From Eledone cirrhosa (Eukaryota), in contig OZ024740.1 in NCBI GenBank assembly GCA_964016885.1, positions 270,196,001 to 270,260,000 of the forward strand: a stretch of 64,000 nt of DNA. Reading direction: 5' to 3'. Shown here piece after piece: positions 28,163-42,080 of this stretch; within the stretch, counting starts at the first letter, position 1, and each line of letters opens with the position of its first letter. Position numbers and translations under genes: made by a program. The notes under the pieces were generated by a model that saw only the letters and a list, made by a program, of their open reading frames with translations, was not told the origin of the DNA and did no database searches.

Positions 28163-28877
28163 TGTATAAGGAAGTGTAGTGTGATAGTTTGTTTAAAGCA
28201 TTGTGGAGTATGAAGCTGAAAGGCCCGTTTATTTGTTTGTTAAGAAAGCTGTACAATGCAAGCCGATTAGAATCTGAGGGGAATTGAAAGAAAAAGCAAA
28301 ATGAAATAAAGGACTAATCACTCTGCCTGTGTGTGTGTGAGTGTGCGCGCGCGTGTGTGTGTATGTATTATATATGTATACGTACTCCATTCATGTGTAG
28401 GATTCTGATATGTATCTTTCTCTTTTGTCTACTCTCTGCTCCTCTTTTCCTCTCACATACCTGGCAATACCTACCTTTGTATAAACTTGTAAATTGAGTG
28501 TATAGGCATGTGTGAACCTGTGTGTCAATATATCTGTCTAGTCATTCTAGTTTTCCCATGCCGATATGTGTTCCCATTTCATCCTCCTCCATATCTGATA
28601 GAATTCCAGCCAATAGTCCATGCCTACTCAACATGGCAGTAACGTAACATAGTCTTTCTCTGTATCCAGGTTTCAATTACTTGGGGGAAATGGTCCTAGC
28701 AATTCGGCAAAAGTCAAAATAATAGAGGCCTCTATCTGATTAATAAATTATTAATCTCCATTTTAATAATCGTGTCTATATATGCACACACACAAACACA
28801 CACACATATATATATATATGTATTTATATATGTATATTATGAAAATAAATCAAAGAAGCCTTCAATACATCAAAAGT

Positions 28878-28931
28878 CTTTATTAGCCAACAATGTTTCG
28901 TCCTATTAAGGACTCATCAGGGCAATTAAAG
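28878..28931 (-). ncRNA. Minimal type I hammerhead ribozyme (PLE 3' pseudo-LTR)
   Basis: ctttaattgcc-CTGATGA-gtcc-ttaata-ggac-GAAAC-att-GTT-ggctaataaag. Confidence 0.8.
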
Positions 28932-30702
28932 CTATAAGAAGCACTATCAGCCAATACAAGCCGAAAACTCAGAAGAATATGGAGTGTACATAGATTAAAT
29001 CATAGGAAAATAATCGGGTAAAAATCATCAAGTAAAAAATTATCAAGTGCTAATTGCTAAGGAAGTAAGTAACATTTTGAACCATATTACAAATATAGTC
29101 CAATGCAAAAACTAGAGCTAAAACAGAGGTGGTGATATAGAGTGGGAATTATTGTACTATACATAATATAATATAATATAATATAATATCATATAATATA
29201 ATATAATATAATATAATATAATTAATAATGATAATAATAATAATGTTAAAAGACCCAATATACATATATATATATACACATGTACACACATATACATATA
29301 TATCTATACACATTTCCATCAATAGAAGCACAAACTAACCCTTATCAAGAGTTTAAATATAAATAAGAATAATAATAATAAAAATAAAAATAAAAATACT
29401 AATGAAAAATACAAATGAAAATAAAATTAAAATATAATGCATATAATATTTACAGTATAAAATGAATGATTAAAAGTAAGCATAAAATATATAATAAACT
29501 ATATAATTATATAATAATATAATAGATAATCTCCGGTTAATTTGCACAAACAATATAAATTTTACAATAACAACTAAAATCACAATATTATAATATAATG
29601 GCATATAACTTAACAAATCATATAGATTTACAGTCAGGGTGAGAAAAATATTGTACAGAACTAAATTATATTGGAAAAATTATGTTGGAAATATATCAAA
29701 ACCATTGCAAGAAAATAGATCAAATTTCTATACATTTGGTGTAAATAAATAAATATTATCCAAACATTACATGAATTATAAAAATGTCAACATATTACAG
29801 GATTTACAGAATTTAACATAAAATAATAATGATCAGTAGTATGTTTACAAAGAGTGGAATGATATAAAATTTCAATATAAAATATTGAACATAGTATAAT
29901 ATACATAATTACATGGTTGGTGGAGAGCCGTTTGTGAATAAGAGAATGAGAGTCAGACAGACAGACTACGCACGGTAGTATATATAAATAAAAACAATCA
30001 GCCGGAAATCAAAAAACAAAAACAAAAGTATTTACTTAGGTGTCGCATGCAGTTAAGTAAAAAAATTTAGGAAACAAACCCGGATAAATGACTAGAAAAC
30101 CCTATTAAATTAATTAATATTGAAAGTAAATAAAATACATAATAAGTCCATACAAATTTAGCTATGGTTTAAGTAATCAAAATCCCCTAATTTAAATATA
30201 TCACTATAAAAATATATCTAGAAAAAATGAAATATTCAACTATCAGTTGAATAACGTTATCTAATAAACATGTTTTAAATAGAATTATGGTAGGTCAATG
30301 GGGACAGAAACAAGAAATGTATGGAGGATATGAAAGAGCATAAAATCATAATCAACATACTGTATTGTACAATAGAAAGGAGCATACAAGGGAATTGGAT
30401 ATAATTATAGTATATTTGAAGGGGCGAGTGACAAGTGAGTATGTGTGTGTGTGGGGGGGGGGGGGGGGTAGTTATTCAAAGAATAATCCAAATAAAATAG
30501 ATTAAGATAAAATATATAATCAGATATAAACTCATAAGGTGTTAATAGTGAAAATATAAAATTTAAGAAGATAGAAATGGTATGGTAGCCAAAAGATTAT
30601 GAAAGCTATAATGAAAAGCTGTCAAAAGCCAATGATAAAAATGATGATAATGATGGTGGTAAACATAATAAACCTTAACTAAAAGGTAAGGTAATGTAGC
30701 GG

Positions 30703-32355
30703 CTAATGGATACAATTTACACTACTAGAACTTTTAGGTTTATAATAAAAGTAAGAATTTGAAATGGCGTGGGGGCAAGAAGAGAATATCTCTGACTTTC
30801 TATTAAATAAGGTTTCCCTAGAGAAAATTATAGAATGGGTCTCAAGGATACAGAGATTGCAAAATTTAGTATGTGTTGAAAGGTTATTAGAGCGTGCTAC
30901 TATACGCCAACTAAGGCTATATGGTATATTAGCCCCCTTAAGATCCCAGATATGGTGTGCTAAAGGAATAGAATTCTTAAACTTAACATGTTTAAAATTA
31001 GAGATATGAGAATTAAACCTAGTCTTAAAAGTGTTAGATGTCGAGCCTATATACGTGCTATTAAAAGAATTAGTTTTAACCACACAAGCATGAACTATGT
31101 TCTTAGAGAGGCAGTTACCGTTTAAAGGGCAGTTAGCACTCACTCTACAGTTACACTTCCGGGTGTTATTGATCGGCTGAAGTAGTGATACATCGCACGT
31201 AGGATTACTATGAGATAAAGTCTGCTCTGGTGGTAAGGCATTTACGGATCTATTCTGACTAACAGCACGTAGAGAGGAGTATCCATCCCTAATTTTCCCA
31301 TTGTTAGTGCTAGCTAAATGAGAACTAATATTAGGGGTGGTAGAGAATGAAAGTTTAATTACATTTTTATTAAAAATACTATGGTATTTATTATTAGGAG
31401 GGAAGTTTTTCTCTAAGATAGAAAAGAAAGACCTAGGAATGTTAGTTACTACTTCCTGATTATATGGCGGGTTAAAATAAGTATTTAGTCTCCTTCTATT
31501 TTTATCCTTACCAACTCTACCGTTATCTAATGTCCCAATATTAAGATTTGGGTTACTACAAGGATTAGTTAAAACCACATTACTAGAATCAGCCGAAACT
31601 CGATTAAGTCTCTTTCTGTTTCTACCTCTAGTATATTTGCCGCCATCTGGAGTCATATCAAAAGGATTAGGGCCAATAATAGGATCAGTAAAAACAACAT
31701 GATTAGAATTAGGTATAACAAAAGTATTACCAATGGGTGAGCGCTCAGAGGGCTCGACTTGATTCCTAGATGTATTAGATTCTCTGCTATGAGTCCGGTG
31801 GCTTAACCCATGGATGGGTTCAGATACACCTATGTGATTTCTACGATTCTTATTCTTTCTACTCCCACTCATGGCCATATTATGGGATATTATGTTAGTC
31901 CCTTTACGTTCTGAGTTCAAATCCCGCCGAGGTTAACTTTGCCTTTCATCCTTACGGGGTCGATAAAATAAAGTACCAGTAATGTACTGGGTAATTGCTG
32001 GCCTTGTGCCAAAAGTAGAAACAATTATGTTATTATTATTATAAGTAAGCGGAGACTTTCTAAGGTTACTATTATTATAATGTATAATAACCTGAGTTAG
32101 CTAGGGCAATATTATAATACTCTGCATGTGCATTAAAAGTTTCTACGTCCTTAGAGAGTGTGGAAATCCTATTAGATACACCATTAATTATAGAGCGTAT
32201 TATAGATTTGGGGTGGTTAGAATTTGGACTAACATAAGAGAGTATTTCATTAGGCTTATGGAAGGGTTTAAAACTATTAGTGACCAAGTCCAAAGTCACA
32301 TCTAAAAAGTTGACCGCTCTATCGTTACTATCTATCGTGATCGAAAGATTATAGC
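30703..32355 (-). pseudogene. PLE RT C-terminus, Cys-rich linker and GIY-YIG endonuclease, disrupted by stops and a SINE
   Basis: VNFLDVTLD, SNHPKSI, YFNPPY, IKLSFSTTPN, CNCRxxxxCPLxGxC, IVHACVV...TYIGST, RFNSH, CNLCILE. Confidence 0.85.
31898..32023 (+). mobile_element. SINE family A inserted in the PLE ORF
   Basis: 5'-truncated copy. Direct repeat attatgtta at 31889-31897 and 32024-32032. Confidence 0.9.
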
Positions 32356-32960
32356 TTTTAGTTTGTGCAAATTAACCGGAAATTATCTATTATATTATTA
32401 TATAATTTTATAGTTTATTATATATTTTATGCTTACTTTTAATCATTCATTTTATACTGTAAATATTATATGCATTATATTTTAATTTCATTTTCATTTG
32501 TATTTTTCATTTGTATTTTTATTTTTATTTTTATTATTATTATTATTATTTATATTTAAACTCTTGATAAGGGTTAGTTTGTGCTTCTATTGATGGAAAT
32601 GTGTATAGATATATATGTATATGTGTGTACATGTGTATATATATATATGTATATTGGGCCTTTTAACATTATTATTATTATCATTATTAATTATATTATA
32701 TTATATTATATTATATTATATTATATTATGTATAGTACAATAATTCCCGCTCTATATCACCACCTCTGTTTTAGCTCTAGTTTTTGCATTGGACTATATT
32801 TGTAATATGGTTCAAAATGTTACTTACTTCCTTAGCAATTAGCACTTGATAATTTTTTACTTGATGATTTTTACCCGATTATTTTCCTATGATTTAATCT
32901 ATGTACACTCCATATTCTTCTGAGTTTTCGGCTTGTATTGGCTGATAGTGCTTCTTATAG

Positions 32961-33014
32961 CTTTAATTGCCCTGATGAGTCCTTAATAGGACGAAACATT
33001 GTTGGCTAATAAAG
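32961..33014 (+). ncRNA. Minimal type I hammerhead ribozyme (inverted pseudo-LTR copy)
   Basis: Same sequence as 28878-28931, on the opposite strand. Confidence 0.8.
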
Positions 33015-33153
33015 ACTTTTGATGTATTGAAGGCTTCTTTGATTTATTTTCATAATGCTTCGGCTCTGTTTAATTACATTGAGCTATACCTTTACTGTCA
33101 TTTCTATAATACGAAGAGGGTGTTTAACTCCAACACACTCTAGTATCTCAATT

Positions 33154-33192
<39 letters not shown>

Positions 33193-33228
33193 GCAAAAAC
33201 ATACATAGACAAACATATATAGATATAT

Positions 33229-33411
33229 GCGGTGGATTGGCAGTATCGGTAGAGGGTCGGACGCCATGCTTTCCAGCATAGTTACGTCCCTTTACGATCT
33301 GAGTTCAAATCCCGCCGAGGTTGACTTTGCCTTTCATCCTTACGGGGTCGATAAAATAAAGTACCAGTAATGCACTGGGTAATTGCTGGCCTTGTGCCTA
33401 AAGTAGAAACA
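33229..33411 (+). mobile_element. SINE family A, full length
   Basis: Near-identical to 11741-11930. Direct repeat atatatagatatat(gc) on both sides. Confidence 0.9.
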
Positions 33412-33445
33412 ATATATAGATATATGCATACATACATAGAGATAT

Positions 33446-33535
<90 letters not shown>

Positions 33536-33537
<2 letters not shown>

Positions 33538-33910
33538 TGGCTGCCAACTCGTTTTCGAGTACGGCCACTACTTTATATCCATGTAGGAGAACCGCTACCC
33601 ATGCGCTGAACGAGTGTGACTTTTTAGTCCAGCCAGCGACTTGAAAACTCTGGTACAAACACTAGACTTATGACAATTATTGACACATAGTGCTGGGCCC
33701 ATGAGAGATCTCCAGATATAAAGCAATGCTTGTATATTGAGCAAAGGCACTGCACAAAGCCAGTCCCACTCTCTTAACCAAGATGATGTTTACCAAAAAG
33801 AAGAACAAATCAACATCATTTGATACCATCAGGGTTGCAGGTGTTATATCAGAGTTTTCCTTCTCCTAGAATTCTGCCTTGACAAAGGCTAAGGGGTCAT
33901 CTCTCCCGGT
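33536..33910 (-). mobile_element. Non-coding interspersed repeat (probable non-autonomous retroelement), deleted copy
   Basis: Near-identical to parts of 54846-55437 and 55517-55985. Confidence 0.75.
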
Positions 33911-33914
33911 AATA

Positions 33915-33938
33915 TGTACATATATATATATGTATATG

Positions 33939-34037
<99 letters not shown>

Positions 34038-34040
34038 ATA

Positions 34041-34108
<68 letters not shown>

Positions 34109-34121
34109 GATACATATATAT

Positions 34122-34153
<32 letters not shown>

Positions 34154-34174
34154 GTGTATATATATATATTTATT

Positions 34175-34246
<72 letters not shown>

Positions 34247-34312
34247 TATACATATATATACACACACATATATATATATATATATATATGTGTGTATATA
34301 TATATATTTATT

Positions 34313-34406
<94 letters not shown>
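33915..34406. repeat. Long (TA)n microsatellite
   Basis: Directly visible. It is the source of the spurious IY-repeat ORFs. Confidence 0.97.
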
Positions 34407-34410
<4 letters not shown>

Positions 34411-34464
34411 TAAGTTGGGGTGTATAATCCAACTAAACTTAAGTACCTGTATATATCACTGTTG

Positions 34465-34534
<70 letters not shown>

Positions 34535-34592
34535 CAACAGTGATATATACAGGTACTTAAGTTTAGTTCGATTATACACCCCAACTTATTCA
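34407..34592. repeat. Inverted repeat of about 60-bp arms around a (TA)n spacer
   Basis: tgaataagttggggtgtataatccaactaaacttaagtacctgtatatatcactgttgat is mirrored with one mismatch. Confidence 0.9.
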
Positions 34593-34755
34593 GTCTGTTA
34601 TATAATATAAAAATGGCTTTTAGAAAATACCGGCGAGTTCCATAAGGACAGGAAATCTCAAATTTAGCTATAAATAAACAAATCGTTTAGATAATATGAA
34701 TGGTGGAAAGTATTTAAAAAATCTACAAAGGGGGGCAACTTGTGCAATATTAATC

Positions 34756-34955
34756 NNNNNNNNNNNNNNNNNNNNNNNNNNNNNNNNNNNNNNNNNNNNN
34801 NNNNNNNNNNNNNNNNNNNNNNNNNNNNNNNNNNNNNNNNNNNNNNNNNNNNNNNNNNNNNNNNNNNNNNNNNNNNNNNNNNNNNNNNNNNNNNNNNNNN
34901 NNNNNNNNNNNNNNNNNNNNNNNNNNNNNNNNNNNNNNNNNNNNNNNNNNNNNNN
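34756..34955. other. Assembly gap (200 N)
   Basis: Run of N. Confidence 1.
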
Positions 34956-35138
34956 AAGAAATATAGTGACGCATCTATGCACATTTACACATCTATGTAT
35001 GTAGATAAATATATGAATATTTACGCACACACAGACGCACACACGTACACACAGAATCACAAACACACACACACACACACAAACACTCAGACGCGCGCGC
35101 ACATATATTAATTCGCGGATTCATGTATACCTCTGTAC

Positions 35139-35491
35139 ATAAGAAGGTCAGTTGAAAAGTTGATAGGCTCACCAAGATACCCTCATGGAATGATCAAATG
35201 ACGTTTATTTTTCAACACAGTTGAAATTAATTGTTTCTACTTTTTGGCACAAGGCCAGCAATTAACCAGTATATTACTGGTACTTTATTTTATCGACCTC
35301 GTAAGGATGAAAAGCAAAGTTAACCTCGGCGGGATTTGAACTCAGATCGTAAAGGGACGTAGCTATGCTAGAAAGCATGTCTGACCCTCTTCCGATACAG
35401 CCAATTCACCGCCCATCAACATAGTTGAAATTAATGCATGCAAGATATTGTATCTCTAGCATCAACCGTTAGTAGTCAGCTTATGAGCTTC
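35139..35491. mobile_element. Mariner-like MITE (inverted relative to 24817-25014), interrupted by SINE A at about 35232-35413 (-)
   Basis: Flanks match the reverse complement of 24817-25014. The SINE is bounded by tcaaca(c/t)agttgaaattaat. Confidence 0.6.
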
Positions 35492-36708
35492 GTATAAGAA
35501 ATTTAAACAAGCATCTTCGCACATGTACACACCCATATACAGATAATTATATGAATATATATACACACACACACACGCGCGCACATTGATAAGTAGACGC
35601 ACACACACACACGCACATTGATACGTACATGTACGCACACACATAAACACAGATTGGCACTCACATATATTCATTTGTGGATTGATACATGTAACCTTCT
35701 GTACATACACTAATACATCCACACACAACATACACACACCTAAATGCACCCCTCACCCAACTCGCATACAAACATATAAACAGGGAGATTAATATTTTCA
35801 AAGGTAACAGTGTATGTCTTGTGATTGTTGAACGTTTCTGTGAGTGGTACTATAGCTTCATAAGTTCATTGTGGGCAAATTAATATATTCTTTCACACAC
35901 AAATAAGTTTTGCATCATATACATAATTTTGAGTTTACTATATTATTAATAGTACACAGTAAAATATGTTCTAAGGAGATATGTTTATATTTCTTCAGTG
36001 AAGTTTTCACTACTTTAGCGCTGATTGCACTGTGTCAAAATATCGAATTCTGCCTTATAATTGAAATATAGCTTAAAATTATACCATGTGTCGCTCGAAT
36101 ATCAGAGAAGTCGGTTCCCTTTAAATCACACATCTAAGCATTGATTACGCTGATATAAACTTTAGGATAGCTTCATAATAGCGAATCTAGTACTACAATT
36201 TCATAGATTTATTAAGAAAAGCAGTGTTAAGGACAAATCCCAATTATCATGTGGTCTATACTAGTACTTTAGAATCAGGAGAAAAATAAATGTGACTCGT
36301 CGGTTACTTATCTAAATATTGTAACATCCAACTTATCTAAATATTGTAACATATTGTAACAACAATATTTATGATCAACAAGGAAAAGCCCATTTCTATA
36401 TGTCCACATACTGGTGAATTACAACTGATGAATTCAAAAGTAAAACATAGACGTAGTCGATGTTTAACCAGACTTTAATGACAATTTGATCATGTGAAGG
36501 AAATGTTAAGACACTAAATTATCTCGCAATATTTAGCTATTATCAAATGAAGATGGTTCTAAAAGATTATTTTATGAACCATTAGCTATAGATTTCCAGT
36601 ATGATACCTCGCTACCACATGCATACATACGCATACACACATACACACACTCACATGCATACATACACATACACACATGTGCACACACTCACACATACAC
36701 ACACGCGA

Positions 36709-36745
<37 letters not shown>

Positions 36746-36885
36746 CGCGCGCGTGTGTACTCAGGCACATATAAACATACATCCGCACGTGCACACACTC
36801 ACACATACACACACGCATATATTTATATATGTATTTCTATTGTACTGTGTCGTTTACTTTGTTTTGTTATTTCTGTTTACTTTTT

Positions 36886-36976
<91 letters not shown>

Positions 36977-37120
36977 TTTAGTTAAAAACAATCCGGTCGA
37001 GAGCTTAATTCGATTTGTGCAGTTTTTGCAATTCTTCCATTAATTTTATACTACAGCTAGGAACCCGCTCGCTGGCTGAGAACAAAATCCCTGTTGACGA
37101 AATGGCAGCCTTGTTTGATC

Positions 37121-37290
37121 GCAGCCTTGTTTGATCATTATACCAAAAGCTTAATATGGAAGCAGGCAGTATAATTGACTTAGGTGTCACAGAAACATTT
37201 CACTGGATTATACCATCAATTCCAGGGGGTCCAGGTAAATTCTTTCGTTTGACCTGTTTAGCTTGCTTCGTTTTTTTGGCTTCGGTGCAC

Positions 37291-37360
<70 letters not shown>

Positions 37361-37705
37361 GTGCCTCCATATATAAGCGGAATTTCAAGGAGATCGAATT
37401 TCGGCAGTGGTCAAAAACAAAGCGAAACGCAATTTTCGAGATATGCCGCAAGCGCTCAATGAACTAAAAGACGACCAGAGCAATAAACATAGGTTATAGA
37501 GGCCAAACAAAATGAAAGCGGCGGTCATGAAGCTCTCAGCCATCGAAGCCAAAAAAACGCAGCAAGCTAAACAGGTCAAACGAAAGAATTTACAATCACC
37601 CTCGAGAAATTGATGGTATAATCCAGTGAAAGGTTTCTGTGACACCAAAATCAATTGTACTGCCTGATTTCATATTAAGCTTTTGGTATAATGATCGAAC
37701 AAGGC

Positions 37706-37708
<3 letters not shown>
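37121..37708. repeat. Inverted repeat with about 165-bp arms (37121-37284 and 37544-37708)
   Basis: Diverged mirror copies. The spacer contains gcacccat-(TA)n-atgggtgc. Confidence 0.85.
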
Positions 37709-37751
<43 letters not shown>

Positions 37752-38261
37752 GAAAATGTCTGTCTGTATCTGTTCCGCAGCAACTTTTGATCCGCAAGGC
37801 CGATTTTCAAACACTTTTTTGTAATTAACCGCAAATTTATCCGGGCTTGTCGGCACGATATTGCGAATGATCAACTCTCCCTTTGTCCAGATAAAATAAT
37901 CGATAAAACTGACTATAGGTACGACTTTGCACAGAAAAAAATCTCTATATCTATAAAAATGAAAAAGAAAGAGTGAGAGTGAAAGAAACAGACAGACTAA
38001 AAGAAGGAGATAACGGGAGAGAGAGAGAGTAAGAGAGCGACTGGCGCTGCGTTTGATACATGACAGTGGAAGAGGGGCAGGAAAGCTATAACTAATTAAC
38101 ATGTGTGTCTGTGTGCGTGCGCGTGTGTGTGTACATGCAGCGTTCCAGTAAGAGTTAAATCTATTAACATGTGTGTACGTGCAAACGTGCGTGCGTGAGT
38201 GTCCGTGCGTTTGTGCGTTTGCGTGCGTGAGGGTGTGTATATATTGTATGTATTTATATGA

Positions 38262-38298
<37 letters not shown>

Positions 38299-38319
38299 GT
38301 ATGTATTTATATGTATGTA

Positions 38320-38353
<34 letters not shown>

Positions 38354-38406
38354 ATGTATGTATTTATATGTATGTATATATGTATATATATTTATATATA
38401 TGAATG

Positions 38407-38477
<71 letters not shown>

Positions 38478-38544
38478 CAAAGTCTCCCTTTGGTCTCAAA
38501 TGACCATGAGTTGTACACCTGGAATGTTCCTGTTTGAGGCCAAG

Positions 38545-41537
38545 CCCAGTAGAACCCAGGACGCGATGACGTATGTGCGCGAGTACGGCAAACCAGACCT
38601 ATTTATTACTTTTACATGCAATCCTTCGTGGCAAGAAATTGCCCATGAACTCCTTCCAGGACAACAGCCCAGCGGTCGCCATGACCTCTCATCCAGAGTC
38701 TTCGAGCTAAAAGTATACAAACTAATGGACCTTATCACAAAGAGCCAGGTATTTGGACGTGTGCAATGTTACATTTACACAATTGAATGGCAGAAGCGGG
38801 GACTCCCCCATGCTCACATTCTTATTTGGTTGTCGACAAAAATCAGAGCAGACGACATCGACATGATTATATCCGCACAACTTCCAAACCCGCAAACTGA
38901 CAAAACCCTATTTGACAGGGTTACGGCGTACATGGTTTCACGGTCCTTGTGGACGTGGCTTCAAATCTAACTCCCCGTGTTTGAACAACGGTATTTGCTC
39001 CAAAAAATACCGAAAAGCCTCTCTTCGCGAAACTCAAACTGCTGATGACGGATACCCATCATACAGACGAAGAAGCCCCGAGGATGGAGGGTTAACAGCA
39101 CTGGTTGGAAAACATGAAATTGACAACCGTTGGATTGTACCGTACTGCCCATTACTACTCAAGGCGTTCAACTCCCACATAAATGTTGAATGGTTCAACT
39201 CTATTAAATCAATCAAATATGTCTACAAATATATTAATAAGGGCCCGTATGCCGCCATGTTCGGGCTTAAAGAAGAAAACAAACGGGATGAAGTTGCACA
39301 GTACCAATCAGCACTATATATAAGTACCAGCGAGGCCTTTTGGGGAATTTACCGTTTGTCAAAGCACAAAAGATACCCTGGCGTCCAACACCTTGCTGTG
39401 CACCTGGAAAACAGCCAAATAGTGTACTATACAAAACAAACAGCTTTTCTGAGGGCTTTCTAACCAAGTAACACAACACTTACTGCATTCTTTCAACTAT
39501 GTCAAGGCGACGCTTCCGCTCGCACTTTGCTGTATCCCCAAGACCCCTCTTTCTGCAAATGGGAAAAATATTCATGGAAGTCAAGAATCAAAGGTGAAAG
39601 CATTGATGGTCAGCCAGATTTTAACTTTGACAGCTGCCTGGCCCGAGTTTACACAGTGCGCCTCATCTACCAAGAATGTTATTACCTGCGTATGCTTCTC
39701 CATGACGTAAGAGGACCAACCAGTTTTCAACACCTAAGAACTGTTGATTGCCACATTTGCGACGCGTACAGAGAAGCCTGCCTTAGGCGTGGACTACTGG
39801 AAGATGGTGTTCAGTGGGATGCCACTTTGGCAGAAGCAGTTGTTTCACAAATGCCACACAGCCTTAGGAAGCTCTTTGCTGTCTTACTGTACATTTGTGA
39901 ATTGCCCGATCCTTCCTTCTTGTGGCTCAAGTACAGAGATGACCTCTCTGAGGACTTCAGGCATCAAGCACAATTACAACTTCCTGACATGGAAGTAGGC
40001 TTCACAGATGAAATCTACAACAAAGCACTTATTGAAATTGAAAATATGATTGCTGCAATAGGTGGGAATGCACTGCAGATATATGGCCTGCCCCAAACCA
40101 ACAGAACATGCTCTGGCGTCATTTCCGCAGAAATACTTCGGGAACTATCCTACGACACTGACAGCTTGGCTACATATGTCACTGAACATGAACCAATGCT
40201 GCTTCAGGAACAGGAACGAGCATATAACACTATTGCTGACTGTGTCCACCGTCGTACGGGAAGAATTTTTTCTTGGACGCCCCTTGAGGCACCGGGAAGA
40301 CTTTTGTCATACGGCTTCTCCTTGCCAAGGTTCGACAACACAGACACATAGCACTTGTTGTTGCGTCTTCCGGTATTGCAGCAACCTTGCTTCCTGGGGG
40401 CAGAACAGCACATTCAGCCTTCAAACTCCCCCTCAATATGACAGCAAATGACACATCCTGCTGTAATATTACCAAAGGATCAGAAAAGGCAGAACTGCTT
40501 AAAAGGTGTGAACTTATAGTTTGGGACGAATGTACCATGGCTCATAAAGGATTTTGGAGGCACTGGACCGGACTTTAAGAGACATAAAAGACTCTCAGGG
40601 TCCCATGGGAGCTATGACTGTCCTTTTATCCGGAGATTTTAGACAAACCCTCCCTGTTATTCGCAAAGGAACAAGGGCTGATGCTATTCGAGCATACTTA
40701 AAGTCGTCTCCGCTTTGGCGTTATGTCACAATATTAACGCTCTCTACGAACATGAGAGCTCGGATGCTTGATGACCAAGTGTCATCAGAATTTGCTACAC
40801 ATATTGACACTTGAGAACGACAAAGTGACACTTGATGAAGATGAAAAAAATCTCCCTCAAACCGGTCTGCACTTTAGTCGACAGTGCTGATGACTTGACA
40901 GATGCAGTATTCCCTGAGTTGAGCACTAACTACCAAAATCCAAACTGGCTGTGCGAAAGGGCAATACTGGCCCCGAAAAATGAGATTGTCGACAAAATCA
41001 ACGGACAACTGCTTAAGTCTCTTCCTACAGCTTCGTGTACATACAAGTCCATCGATACAGTCCCAGACCCCATTAACTACCCAATTGAGTTTCTTAACTC
41101 ATTGAACCCCTTCGTGTTGCCATCTCGTCGATTGGAACTTAAGCAATGATGCCAAATTATGCTTTTGAGGAATCTACACCCACCAAAACTCTGCAACGGC
41201 ACCCGCCTTACAGTAAATAAACTAACGCAAAACTTGATCGAGGCGACGATTCTCTCGGGGTGTGGAAAGGGGGAAAAAAATTTATCCCAACGATTCCCCT
41301 TTGTCCGTCAACATCAGAGATTCCCTTTTCATTTAGGAGGCTCCAGTTTCCAGTTCGTTGTAGTTTCGCTATGACGATAAATAAGTCTCAGGGGCAAACA
41401 TTGTCGTCGCGGGAATAAACCTAGAAGAGCCATGTTTTTCGCACGGTGGATGTTCCAGAGTGGGAAGCAAAAGAAACCTTTATGCATTTGCTCCAAACGG
41501 TAAAACTACAAACATTGTGTACCAAGAAGTTCTGTAA
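38545..41537 (+). pseudogene. Helitron RepHel (HUH Rep plus PIF1-like helicase), N-terminally truncated, multiple frameshifts
   Basis: [82 protein letters not shown]. Confidence 0.92.
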
Positions 41538-41729
41538 TCAACACTGCGACACAAACCGACTTCTAACAATCAAATACTTCGCTGCTTTCAATAATTACCA
41601 AATTGTAGACATACTGCCTTTTTGAAATTCATAACACCTTACTTTTCGACTGTAAACGTTGTGACCACTTTGAACTGCACGGTATTGAAATGCACGTTCC
41701 CCTCTGGTTGGTTGAGCCAGTTTTCCATG

Positions 41730-42080
41730 GATTCGCCAGCGCGTGCAGCAGACGTTGATTCACATGTCTTTGCTGCCGCAGTTGACGCTGTGTTTCGGTT
41801 GATGCAGCTCAAGCTGCGGAAGTTGCCTCAGCATTTCCATGCCACCGTAATGAACGCTGTGATTCGTTCTCTGCATCTCCTGCAATAGATGTTGTCTCAA
41901 TATTTGCTTTCTGTCGCAGTGAGGGTTGAGAATCGTTTTCTGCACCTCAAACAGCAGCAGTTGCCTCAGCGTTTATTTGCTGTCGCATCGAACGTTGTGT
42001 TTCGTTTCTTGCATCTCGTGCAATAGAAGTTGCTTCAGCATTTTTCTTTTGGCGTAATAATCGCTATTCGTTATTCTCTG
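41730..42080 (-). pseudogene. Decayed 23-aa STPR-like repeat coding segment, antisense to the Helitron A RepHel
   Basis: Units ENNE*RLLRQKKNAEATSIARDA, RNETQRSMRQQINAEATAAV*GA, ENDSQPSLRQKANIETTSIAGDA, ENESQRSLRWHGNAEATSAA*AA, STETQRQLRQQ... Confidence 0.6.

Larger units (their letters stand above)
28836..33156 (-). mobile_element. Neptune-type Penelope-like retroelement, 5'-truncated, with inverted pseudo-LTRs
   Basis: Near-identical inverted arms at 28836-29551 and 32361-33056, plus a roughly 100-bp extension to 33156. They enclose RT C-terminus and GIY-YIG coding sequence. Each arm has a hammerhead. Confidence 0.88.

Noticed and set aside
33866-34532. Many IY/CV/HT/poly-L ORFs here and near 8875-10014, 13412-13909, 36586-38518 and 50882-51329
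   Set aside because: They are translations of microsatellites.
34664-35111. ORFs spanning the N run
   Set aside because: Artefacts of the assembly gap.
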